The notes under the pieces were generated by a model. It saw nothing but the letters and a program-made list of their open reading frames with translations. It was not told the DNA's origin and made no database searches. Shown here one piece after another: positions 22,990 to 33,696 of a DNA stretch of 36,734 bases. Made by a program: the position numbers and the translations under genes. The first letter of the stretch is position 1, and every line of letters begins with the position of its first letter. Origin of the DNA: Octopus bimaculoides (lineage: Eukaryota); contig NC_069001.1 in NCBI RefSeq assembly GCF_001194135.2, positions 21,407,436 to 21,444,169 on the forward strand, written 5' to 3'.

Positions 22990-23290
22990 CATATATATAA
23001 AACTGATAATGTCTGTATCTCTGTGTGTCTGTATGTGTGCATCACTTAAACTCGATAACTACACAACGGATTTCATTCAAATTTTACACATAACTTACTT
23101 ATGGTCCATGCAGTATCATGGGCCAAAAGAATTGTCAACTTCTTGCTTAATGCGAGCCTGGAACATTTTCTTATTTCTGACACTATTTCAGTATTACAGG
23201 TCAAAAGTGAAACAATAACATTTCTATTGTAATGTGAGATACTTTCAGTTTCAATAGTTTCAATATTAATACTGAAAGTATTAGCCTATA
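22990..23290 (+). mobile_element. Non-autonomous Helitron-like element, copy 1
   Basis: Homologous to 27020-27300 (ttcattcaaatttt.cacat.a.ttactta.gg.ccatgcagt...gtcaaaagtgaaacaataacat.tctattgtaatgtgagatactttcagttt). The (TGTC/TGTG) tract and caac.gatt..ttcaaa motif resemble the 5' region of the Helitron at 33696. Confidence 0.5.
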
Positions 23291-23320
23291 TACATGCATA
23301 CATACACACATATATATCAA

Positions 23321-23323
<3 letters not shown>

Positions 23324-23405
<82 letters not shown>
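23324..23405. repeat. (AT)n microsatellite
   Basis: Read directly from sequence. Confidence 0.95.
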
Positions 23406-23407
<2 letters not shown>

Positions 23408-23577
23408 TGTGTACATATATATATGCATGTATAAACTGTATATACATCTGCACATATGTATGTATATATATATATATGTATTTAGATATATATAGATATG
23501 TATATAGATAGATATACATTATACATATGTGTGTGTGTGTGTGTGTATACATGTATATATGTGTGTGTATATACATA

Positions 23578-23935
23578 TTTTATCTTTTACTTGTTTCAGT
23601 CATTAGACTACGGCCATGCTGCAGTCTTGAAAAATCTTTAATCAAATGTTTCGATCTCAATACTTATTTTTTAACACCCTGGTACTTATTCTATCGGTCA
23701 CTTTTGTTCCTCCCCTAAGTTACGGATGCGTAAAGACATCAGCACCGGTTGTCAAGTGGTGGTGTGGTGGGACAAACACAGACATAAAGATACACTGACA
23801 TAGATATAATGCACACACACACACATATATATATACACATATATATATATACACATATATATCACGGTCTTTTTTCAGTTTACCAAATCCACAGACAGCC
23901 GGAGGCTTTACTAGGAAACACTTGCCCTGTGAAAC
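23578..23935 (-). mobile_element. SINE (family A): 3' half, central microsatellite and a degenerate 5' part
   Basis: ttttacttgtttcagtcattagactacggccatgctg...caccggttgtcaag...ggacaaacacagac...tttttcagtttaccaaatccac...aaacacttgccc. Confidence 0.8.
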
Positions 23936-24080
23936 CGGTTAAGACTATAAAAAAAAATTAAATAAAAAATCTGAACGAGTCCCAGTGCATTTTCAATTGC
24001 TTTTTAAAAATGTATTTGTACCTGTGTGAAATAAAATAACGTTGTTATTTATATATATATATATGTATGTATATGTGTGC

Positions 24081-24121
<41 letters not shown>

Positions 24122-24480
24122 TGTGTGTGCGTGTGTATACATATATATATATATTATGTGCACACGCGCACACATACAAACACACACAGACAAACACAAA
24201 CACACAGAGACACACACACACCCACACACGCACACACATATATATATATTGTCTTCTATGATGATGGTCTACGAACAGGAAATTTACGGGACATGCTTAT
24301 GTGTAAACATTAACAAATGTAACTTAACGACTTAAAATGCTCAAGGAAACAACAGCTTTGTAATTAATCTTGATAGTTAATCTTCTCTAAATTCATTGTA
24401 TGGAATTATATTTCTCAAACCGAATCAAAACTAGATCTTTATTTATACACAGAGTACACCAAACCCATCGATCTGCTTAC

Positions 24481-24621
24481 TCCATTGATATTCAAATTTT
24501 GGAAGTCACTGCTAAAAAGAACGAACATTTCTGGAAGGTGAACGTATATAACACGTACCCTTTAAGAGTGTCGGTGAAAGTGAGGTAGTCTATCTTGTAT
24601 GATTGTTTATCTTCAGTAATC
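24481..24621 (-). CDS. Candidate exon pair (24559-24621 and 24481-24511), product unknown
   Basis: Acceptors gctttttcAG and ttcgttctttttAG; donors GTACGT and GTAAGC. The in-frame join reads ITEDKQSYKIDYLTFTDTLKGSDFQNLNING, but the intron is only 47 nt. Confidence 0.3.
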
Positions 24622-25831
24622 CTGAAAAAGCAAATCTCTCCATAGCTCTGGATTTTCCGGAAATAAAATCTTCCCAGTCTTATATACATGCATGATAATG
24701 CACTGATTTAGATTTGGAAATTACTTAATAAGTATTCAAAATGGAATTGCCTCAAATAAAACCCTTCCCAGCATCTCAGCTATAGCCACTCTCTTCAACG
24801 CTACATTTAAAATATCATTACTTTCACAGTAAACCGGACGAGAGCACTATATACACACCTATATATGTGTTTATCATCTAGGCATAGTTAAATCACAATT
24901 AATCATGCAAGTATTAATTATCTAATAAATAAGAAGTGTTCAATTAAAACCATCATTTAATAAAATTAGCAATACGAATAACATAAGCGCAACTTCATAC
25001 TGTCAGTACTTCTTCAATAACCCATCTGTTCGACCTGTGCCTCACAAAGTGATCTAGCAGTGTTAAAAATGATTCTTTATTTACAATGAATAACACAATT
25101 GCTTTAGAAGATTTCCTCTCGAGAGCAAATAGTGTGAATCAACCATACGATGAAAAGAATAATCTTAGCCCAAGTATCACTGTTCTAAATCCGCTATACT
25201 ATCTTCACACAAATAGATTAGTAGATACCTCGAGGAGTAACACAAATTATAATGATAGCGGTACATGAATACAGATCAACGAAAACCGAATTAAAAACAA
25301 AGCATGTTAAAAGCGATCCTTAGTTAAATAAGGGGACGTAATGAAAACACAAAACACTGTAGAGGCGCGGTTCCTTGAATGTCAGTCTGACTTAGAAAAT
25401 AGGAAGGTATCTAATCCTATGGTAGTAAACTTAAGCTGGATTAAAAATTGAGAAAAGAAATGGGAGGATCAATATTAGCTGGCATAATACAATACTGTAT
25501 ACTCAAGTAAAAACTTATCACAAGACTTACTGTGTAACAAGTTTCTGCGGTAGCATTAAACGTTTGAACAAAAAAAGTGACAAAACGATTAAACTTCCGT
25601 ATTCCACAACTTCAAATTTAGCGGCTCTTACAGCAAACTTCAATAAGGTTTAGTAAAAAATCATGAATTGTACACAACCAAGATCGAAGCTTATGACCTT
25701 TTAACTCTATTTGAAAAATTCAGTCATCGGAGCAGAGTGTTACACATAGCTCTGGGATTTTATGCCTGTACATGTCCACACCCAATGTCTACAGGTACAA
25801 AATCTATAATCCTGATGATTTACAGTGTCCC

Positions 25832-26066
25832 AGTGTAGATATCAGACAGAATCTTCTATGTAGTAATAACCATAAGTGTAACTGAAGAATCTCTAAGGAC
25901 TGTTCTTGAGCCGGGAAATGAGTGTGTAATAATGTAATGAATAAATGCAATGTAGAAAGGTAATGGTTTTGGATATTACATGGTTTCCACAAGATGTACC
26001 CTAAACCTTACTAGGGAATGCGAGACGGGTATCTTTATGCATTCTTCGCCAGTTTCTATTAATGCA
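25832..26066 (-). CDS. Candidate exons 26011-26066 and 25832-25889, product unknown
   Basis: tatttcAG|...|GTAAGG and attcttcAG|...|GTAAAT with a 121-nt intron. One frame joins as ALIETGEECIKIPVSHSL-LHLWLLLHRRFCLISTLGH. Confidence 0.2.
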
Positions 26067-26649
26067 GCTGAAATAGTTTGGGATTTTATGGTTGATAATC
26101 AATACCTGTTAAGTAAGCGAATTAAATTGGCTATTAATTGTGGACATAGAATAAAGATGTCATTTCGTAATCATTGTGTTGAATTAAAATAGATATCAAC
26201 TAACCAGCCATGGGTTACACATATGTTACTATTTATAATCCATCTAAATAAATATAAAATTATGGAAATTTATGCACCTTCTTAATTTATGCCCCATTGT
26301 TTCTGCCCTTTCATTTCTACTACTAATATCAAATCATATATGCACCCGATCAATATGACAGTACTTCTGTTCATACGGATTACTTAACTAGTATTTCTGT
26401 AACTTCTACAATTTTAAATATAAAGATGGAGCTTATCACTTCGATTACTATTCTTATTCTGGCGAATGTTCTTTTATTGGTCTTATGTATATATCAATAC
26501 TTTTAGTCTAAATTTCGTATTTTTATATGATATTATGAATAGGCTTAAAATCAATTTCTTTTATAAGTTCGAGGTTACTGGTGAAGCAGAAGCCCATGAT
26601 ATTTCCTTTAGTGGTGCAAATAACACACACACACACACACACATAGGTA

Positions 26650-26875
26650 CTGCTGGCTCTCCGTCGGTTATGACGATGAGTGTTTCAGTTGATATGATCA
26701 AATGAACAGACTGCTCGTGAAAGTGATGTGCAAGGGGCTTAGTATTCCACTGTCACGCGTATCCCCAAGAAGATTTAGAGTGACACAGTATGTGAAAAGC
26801 CTAGCCCTTATAATTACAGGTACAACTCATTTCTGCCAGCTGAATGACTGGAGAGGTGGGAAATGAAGTGTTTAT
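26650..26875 (-). mobile_element. SINE-like repeat fragment (family D)
   Basis: ctccgtcggttatgacgatgag...ctgctcgtgaaa...tacaggtacaactcatttctgccagctga resembles a high-copy cephalopod SINE body (recognition from memory); GC-richer than the flanks. Confidence 0.55.
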
Positions 26876-27019
26876 ATGTCTGCTTGTCTGTCTGTCTCTC
26901 TATATATCAATATGTATACACAAACACATACACACAGGTATATCAATTTAGTTATATACATATAGTGTTTGACTTTGTATGTGTATCCGTATGTCCATGT
27001 ATGTGCGTGTATCTACATA

Positions 27020-27300
27020 CATAGAATTGATAATGTGTGTGCGTGTGTGTCTGTCTGGCTGTTCGTATGTGTGCGTTACTAAAACTCGAGAAGTACGCAA
27101 CCGAATTCATTCAAATTTTTCACATGATTTACTTAGGGGCCATGCAGTGTAATGGGTCCAAAAATGTCCAGCATCTTGCCTCATGCGCGCCCAGAGCAAT
27201 CTCGTATTTCTTATACTATGTCTTATGTGTCAAAAGTGAAACAATAACATCTCTATTGTAATGTGAGATACTTTCAGTTTACTACTTTCACTATTATCTC
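27020..27300 (+). mobile_element. Non-autonomous Helitron-like element, copy 2
   Basis: Homologous to 22990-23290. Confidence 0.5.
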
Positions 27301-27490
27301 ATATATATATACATGCATACACACACATGCACACACACATATATATATATTATGTATTTATATATATTATGCATATATATATATATATATATATACATAT
27401 TAGGTATATATATTATGTATATGTATATATATATATACATATTAGATATATATATATTATGTATATATATATATATAATATGTATATATA

Positions 27491-27854
27491 NNNNNNNNNN
27501 NNNNNNNNNNNNNNNNNNNNNNNNNNNNNNNNNNNNNNNNNNNNNNNNNNNNNNNNNNNNNNNNNNNNNNNNNNNNNNNNNNNNNNNNNNNNNNNNNNNN
27601 NNNNNNNNNNNNNNNNNNNNNNNNNNNNNNNNNNNNNNNNNNNNNNNNNNNNNNNNNNNNNNNNNNNNNNNNNNNNNNNNNNNNNNNNNNNNNNNNNNNN
27701 NNNNNNNNNNNNNNNNNNNNNNNNNNNNNNNNNNNNNNNNNNNNNNNNNNNNNNNNNNNNNNNNNNNNNNNNNNNNNNNNNNNNNNNNNNNNNNNNNNNN
27801 NNNNNNNNNNNNNNNNNNNNNNNNNNNNNNNNNNNNNNNNNNNNNNNNNNNNNN
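27491..27854. other. Assembly gap (N run)
   Basis: N run. Confidence 1.
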
Positions 27855-27978
27855 ATATATATATATATATATACATATTAGGTATATATATTATGTATAT
27901 GTATATATATATATACATATTAGATATATATATATTATGTATATATATAAATATATATTATGCATATGTATATATTTC

Positions 27979-28134
27979 CTGGTAAGTACTTGCTTACCAA
28001 CTACATGGTTTCGGGTTCAGTCCCACTGCGTGGCATCTTGGGCAAGTGTCTTCTACTATTCCCTCGGGTCGACCAAAGCCTTGTGAGTGGATTTGGTAGA
28101 CAGAAACTCAAACAAGCCCGTCATATTTATCTTC
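27979..28134 (+). mobile_element. SINE, 5' half (family A)
   Basis: tggtaagtacttgcttaccaactacatggtttcgggttcagtcccactgcgtggcatcttgggcaagtgtcttctactat...gtggatttggtagacagaaact. Confidence 0.85.
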
Positions 28135-28659
28135 TATTCATATGAATTTGACATTGGCTATTCTTTCTTGTCTTGGGATTCACGGTCAAACGGCTGGGTG
28201 GAATTGCGCGAAAATCTACACATATATGTAGAATGATCCGGTGGTGATGCTGGGCTTTGTATTTTTTCATAGCTCCCATGGTTACCGAGATAATCTACTA
28301 TAATCATAATCTTGTGTTTATGAATGAGAAGGGAAGGGGTGACGTCATACTTGGGATGATGAAAATTGTACGCTGAAAAAATAAATCAAACCGCGTTTAA
28401 ACTCAGTATGAACATACGTGTATGTATGCTAAAGGAAGGTATGCGAATGTGTATGTGTGCGTGTGTGTGTGTGTGTGTGTTTGTGTGTTTGTGCGAGCGC
28501 AATGGAAGTAGAATGGTTGGGGAATGTGAATGTGTGTGTGTGTGCGTGTGTGTGTGTGTTTATGTGTGTGTGTGTTTATGTGTGTGTGTGTGTGTGTTTA
28601 TGTGTGTGTGTGTGTGTGTATGTGTGTGTATGTGTGTGTCTTTATACGTGTGTATATAC

Positions 28660-28804
28660 GATGGAAATCTTTCTATTTCCGTCTACCAAATACACTCACA
28701 AGGTCTTAGTCGCTTGAAGGTTATAATAGGAGACACTTACCCAAGGTTCCATGCAGTTGGACTGAACATGGAGATATGTGGCTGGGAAGCAAACTTCTTA
28801 CCAC
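28660..28804 (-). mobile_element. SINE, 5' half (family A), running into a gap
   Basis: tttccgtctaccaaat..actcacaagg...gacactt.cccaagg...ggactgaac...atgtggctgggaagcaaacttcttaccac. Confidence 0.8.
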
Positions 28805-29159
28805 NNNNNNNNNNNNNNNNNNNNNNNNNNNNNNNNNNNNNNNNNNNNNNNNNNNNNNNNNNNNNNNNNNNNNNNNNNNNNNNNNNNNNNNNNNNNNNNN
28901 NNNNNNNNNNNNNNNNNNNNNNNNNNNNNNNNNNNNNNNNNNNNNNNNNNNNNNNNNNNNNNNNNNNNNNNNNNNNNNNNNNNNNNNNNNNNNNNNNNNN
29001 NNNNNNNNNNNNNNNNNNNNNNNNNNNNNNNNNNNNNNNNNNNNNNNNNNNNNNNNNNNNNNNNNNNNNNNNNNNNNNNNNNNNNNNNNNNNNNNNNNNN
29101 NNNNNNNNNNNNNNNNNNNNNNNNNNNNNNNNNNNNNNNNNNNNNNNNNNNNNNNNNNN
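28805..29159. other. Assembly gap (N run)
   Basis: N run. Confidence 1.
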
Positions 29160-29190
<31 letters not shown>

Positions 29191-29726
29191 AACAAAATGA
29201 AAGATAATCTGTTATCTATCTTTTAATATTATTACTGTTCTCAAAAGCTGCCTTGAGGCACAACAGTCTGTTCTGTATTTATCCGCTCAAACATTACCAT
29301 TAATTGAGTTCGTATTAAACAGAAATATTATAAAGACAAATAAATGTAGGACCACCAACTGAGTGAAATCGGCGACATTATACGCATTGTTTTCTCAAGT
29401 GGACCACGAAGAACGAAATTACTGTCATTTCCCAATGTATTTGTTCACATCTTGATTATGTGAAGAAAATGAAGAAAGTTATTAAAAACCAGGAAAACTA
29501 GACATTTCCATCTGCCTGGTAAATCAAATATTAGAAAAGAGGCAATTATTCTCGGTGTTTTAGTAGAACAGCTGGTGAGATATTATTTCCACCTTATGCA
29601 CATATGCAGATGCGCTTGCGCATCTGAGATCATCCTAACACAAACAACCACACACGCACACACACTAACATACACATGCGCACACACATAATATTATATA
29701 TAAAAGCATACACATAAAGCGTGATA

Positions 29727-29760
29727 CTGAAATACCTGACGTTGCCCGGGCTGAAGACGT
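29727..29760 (-). mobile_element. Degenerate Helitron 3' terminus (hairpin plus decayed CTAG)
   Basis: atactgaaatacctgacgttgcccggg parallels atactaggagacaatacccggtgtttcccagg at 32203. Confidence 0.45.
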
Positions 29761-30697
29761 TCAATTGACGTTACGTTGCAAGGACAAAGAATGGATAGAT
29801 AACCCATATGCCTTGAATTTCAAATGGCAAATTACACGGATACGACAGATATGGAAGGAGTGGCAGTGAGGTAAGTGACTGTGAGGGCGTGTGTGTGCCA
29901 CAAGTTTGTTCGGTGGCCAATGCTTCTACCACTGCTTGTAAAGTTCAACGTTCCTCGGTCTGTTTTAATTTCTTTGCTATTGTCCGTCAAGCTGAGTCTG
30001 TCTCTTATCATGTCTTTACCAAATACTGACCAAAGTGTCACATGCTTTATGTGCTAAAAGCGAAAATAACAAGGACTGACTGCGCTGAAGACACAAGTTA
30101 CTGACGTTAGCATAATTTAATAGATACAGTAATTCTTCTGATAAACAAGTGTGTTAGAGCAAGTAACACGCAATAGTACTTTGTGTGAGAGAGGATTTCT
30201 GCTTGAAACACCAGAACATGTCTGCAAAATATCAGAACAAAATCCGCAAATTAAGTTTTTCTAATCTCGTTTCGAAAAGAGTTAAGAAAATGGCAAGATA
30301 GGCGAACTCCGAAATTTACTGGAGATGCTTACAGTTTCTGTGGGACAGATATCAGTAGCTACAAACACAATTTTACCAATATGCAATTGTTGAATAACTA
30401 ACAAAGAGAAGGGATGTAAAAAAACTAGAGATAGAGAAAGAGAAATAAAGGGAGACAAGCGTGGATTAAATATCTGTATATGACTCATAACTGAGAGAGG
30501 ACACAATAACAGAGAGGCCACAAAGGTAAAGTATTGTAGTATGCAACACTTCTAACAATTCTGCTTGCATTTACTGTATATACGTAAGGAAACGAATAGT
30601 ATGTCTATACTTGTTTGTGTGTATGCGCACATGTTTATAAGCGCAAGTATTTCTGTTTATACACATGACTGTAGGCGAGTGTATGCTGTGTATAATA

Positions 30698-31500
30698 TTG
30701 GGTCCGTTCGGTTTTTTTAAACGAAAATAAAGACACAAGCTTTAAACACAAGGGGGTTTCTTCAAACAATGGCATAATTACCGTTTCGTACCAATATCTT
30801 ACGCCATATTGTGGGCAAATCTATCATACACTTCGCAAAATATTTCCTTACTGTACTGACGAAAATCTCTTCCAGATGAATACATGAAAGAATTTTTATA
30901 TTTTCTTCAGTTCTGTCCATTCAATGGAATTTGAAGAAACCGAAACAGGTAGAAATCTGAAGCCGTAAGGTTGGGCAAATATAGATAATCAGGCAAAAAT
31001 TCCCAGCCAAGCCTCAGTAACTTCTACTGCGTCTGCAGAGAAGTGAGACATTGTTAATGGTCTCAAGATTAGCAAGTACTGGACACTTCTGGTGGATCGC
31101 TGCATTTAGTTGTCCATCTGGTCAAAGTAAATATGCTAATTGATGGTTCCCCGTCCATAGGAAGAAGCTCGTAAAAGACGACACCCTTACAATCCCACCA
31201 AATTAAAAGGATAACCATCTTCATGTAAAGTTCTGTTTTGGAGGTTGTTTGTGTTGGTTTACTGCACTTTCCCCATGATCAATTGCGCTTCACATTGTTA
31301 TAGACGATAGATTTCCGTCTTGTCACCATTCTCTTTAAAAAAAGGATCTTTTTCTCCATGTTTCTGCAAGGAATCAGAGATGGAAATCAGTTGGGCGTAG
31401 TGGTTAGCTTCCTTCAATTTATGTAGGAGTCAAGCATCGAACCTGATTACGTATCTAGTTTTCAACACTCGATTTGGATATTTAGGGAATATCTATGATC
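30698..31500 (-). mobile_element. Mariner (Tc1/mariner) transposon fossil, transposase pseudogene
   Basis: Minus frames give DPF/LKRMVT...IVYNNVKR.SWGK, IWWDCKGVVFYELLP, KLLRLGWEFLP and SPNLTASDFYLFRFLQ, all degraded mariner motifs. A TIR-like end TA|TTGGGT..GTTCGG lies at 30696-30712. Many stops and frameshifts. Confidence 0.9.
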
Positions 31501-31507
31501 ATTCTGG

Positions 31508-31737
31508 TTGTATAGGGAGTGATGGTAACGCTGTTAATCTCGGGTGGCCGGCCAGAGCAAGGAATGAGAACCCAAGTTCGAAATTTCCCCAAGACATCTG
31601 ATGAAGGCTGGAGGATATATCAGCCAAAACGTTGTGTTAACAACAAACAAGATAAGGACAAATATCCGTCAAATGTAAATAATATAAATAATGTAAATAA
31701 TGTACATAGTCCCTCATCTCTTAAATATAGAACAGGT
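31508..31737 (+). mobile_element. Penelope-like element terminal (pLTR) fragment
   Basis: Contains a CTGATGA...AAAACGTT hammerhead-type motif, abuts and truncates the mariner, and resembles a repeat I recall from Octopus. Confidence 0.6.
31593..31638 (+). ncRNA. Hammerhead-like motif with a G12-to-A core substitution
   Basis: GACAT-CTGATGA-A-GGCTG-(10 nt)-CAGCC-AAAA-CG-T-T-GTGTT. Stem III is the ACGT palindrome and stem I is GACAT/GTGTT with two G-U pairs; the GAAA core reads AAAA. Confidence 0.55.
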
Positions 31738-32167
31738 TAAAGTTCCCCTTCTATCTCTTTTGGGATTTGGGGGTGTGGACAGAGAGGCAGGTGTATTATC
31801 TAATGGGGTGCCTCACGGTTGAAGACCTACCTATTCTCCTATTCATTGGAGAATACCTTTCCCATCACCGTTTTACTGATTCTTGGGACTCACCTTCTAA
31901 CTAATTACCAGTGGAAGTGCTTGGAAGTTTCATAGATGTAGAGGGTTTCCCTGTTGCCATTTGTGTGGAGGTAGCATTGAACTCTCTACACCTACAAGCC
32001 ATCTTCTTTTATTCTCTTTTAAATTCTTTGCTCCCCGACTCCCCGACTCTGTACATCTGACAGTTCGGGCATGTTATGCGCCCACAGAACTTTAAGGAAC
32101 ATGGTTGTTAAAGCTTGTTACTACACACACACAAGCACACAAATACAAACCACACATGCAAACACAT

Positions 32168-32204
<37 letters not shown>

Positions 32205-32205
<1 letters not shown>

Positions 32206-33696
32206 TAGGAGACAATACCCGGTGTTTCCCAGGTTGAAGAGAATAATAAAATTTAAAAACGCCGTCTAGATTACGCAGGTCTCAACTGCTGGTAGCTGAG
32301 ATACCAACTTTCTATATTAATAACTCTCCAACATGGAATACAGACGTTAAGTGAAATGTTGAAAGAGAGTTTTCAACTCTTGTATGTATATAAAATAAAT
32401 ACACGTACCTCAAAAACATGTTTTGTGTACCTTATTTCGTAACCAAAAAACAAGTACAGACTATAAACAATGAAAGGCCGATGTTGGTGATTCCTTTGAC
32501 AGAGGTAGTAGAGAGCCAATCCGATGATAAATTTGAACTTGTATCTTGAAAGTTTGCATGAATCCTGGTTCAGTTAAATCACTTGTGGCTCCAAATAATG
32601 TCATCTGTAGTGCAGCATTGTATTGTCTAATTTTGCTGTGGAAGTGCTTGGAATCTTGGTCAGTTGATGACTACAGTTTCTTCAATGGCTCTGGAGGTTG
32701 AGGGATTGTAGGGAGTATAACCTTTCCACCACTGCACAGTGCAGATGCCGCTTCCTTGCTTTACAATGTATGTACTCAATTGTCATTGCACCAATGGAAA
32801 CTGTAGTGTCACTATGAAGTGTTGGATCATAATAGAATGCTGCTTCATAGAAGTTGATTCTCTGAGTTGTTGCAACTGCTCTTCGTTCTGTAGTGAAGAT
32901 CCTATTCCTTGTCAGCCGTGCAAACCTCTGTTCACCACGTTGATGTGCCCTGTCTTTTGTAGTGTTGAGTTTCTTCGTTTCTGGGCATGCTTGCCTTTCT
33001 ACAGCTGTCTCTCTTTCCCTGACATTGTAGCCAAATTTGACACTTTCCTTCTAGGCAGGATTATATACGTATACAGAAATACACGGGTGCAGAAGATAGT
33101 AAACAATGAAAATAAGTGGGTAACGGAAATTATATTTCTTAATACGACAGAAAGTAAACAAGAAATTTTTACGGAAAAAAAAGAACTATACGGGTTGAAG
33201 CGAAATTTGTCACTTAATGAACCAAAGAACCACTATCGAAGGAACCAGAAAGAAGTCGATAACAACACAAAAACACAAAACCGGTGCAAAAGTAAATAAG
33301 AAATTTGTAGCCAAATTTAACGAAGTGTACGGATTAAAGTGAAATTTATGAAGTTACTTCTGTCAGTATATTATGTATGAAGTTACTTCCATCGGTAACA
33401 GTGAACTTCTTTCTATCAGTAATTTGTCGTTGTTGTTTGTAAATAGCGATTGATAACATACGGTGAAAACAATAGCGATTGAACTTATGTAACCCAGCAA
33501 CGGGTGTTTTCTGATCCTAGGGGTTTCGTTACCTATTGTGTGAAAAATTTTAAGAGCCTAAAACCATCCCTGGAACATAAGTAATGTATGTTCCCAGTTT
33601 GGAGAAAATGAGTTGAAAAATAGGGCCATTATAATTTTTTACGCATACACCCACCCACACACACACATATACACAGAACGGAATTTATATTGTAGA
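32205..33696 (-). mobile_element. Internally deleted Helitron with both termini and a RepHel 5' pseudogene fragment
   Basis: On the minus strand it starts A|TC at 33696 and ends CTAG|T at 32205, with a degenerate GC hairpin at about 32218-32234. The internal frame matches the Helitron Rep N-terminal region. Confidence 0.85.
32487..33057 (-). pseudogene. Helitron RepHel N-terminal fragment
   Basis: Translates PRRKVSNL..., EAAFYYDP...SIGAMT...HCKA, CSGGKVILP..PQPPEPL, SKHFHSKIRQYNAALQMTLFGA and GFMQTFKIQVQIYHRIGSLLP, with stops and frameshifts. Confidence 0.9.

Noticed and set aside
27365-27960. Apparent direct repeat (atatacatattaggtatatattatgtatatg...) on both sides of the gap
   Set aside because: Most likely overlapping contig ends or an unresolved low-complexity tandem tract around the gap.
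198-29226. ORF-track entries rich in poly-I/V/T, HT, YI or CV dipeptides (for example 198, 692, 7355, 8675, 23286, 24042, 28366)
   Set aside because: They are translations of microsatellites, not genes.
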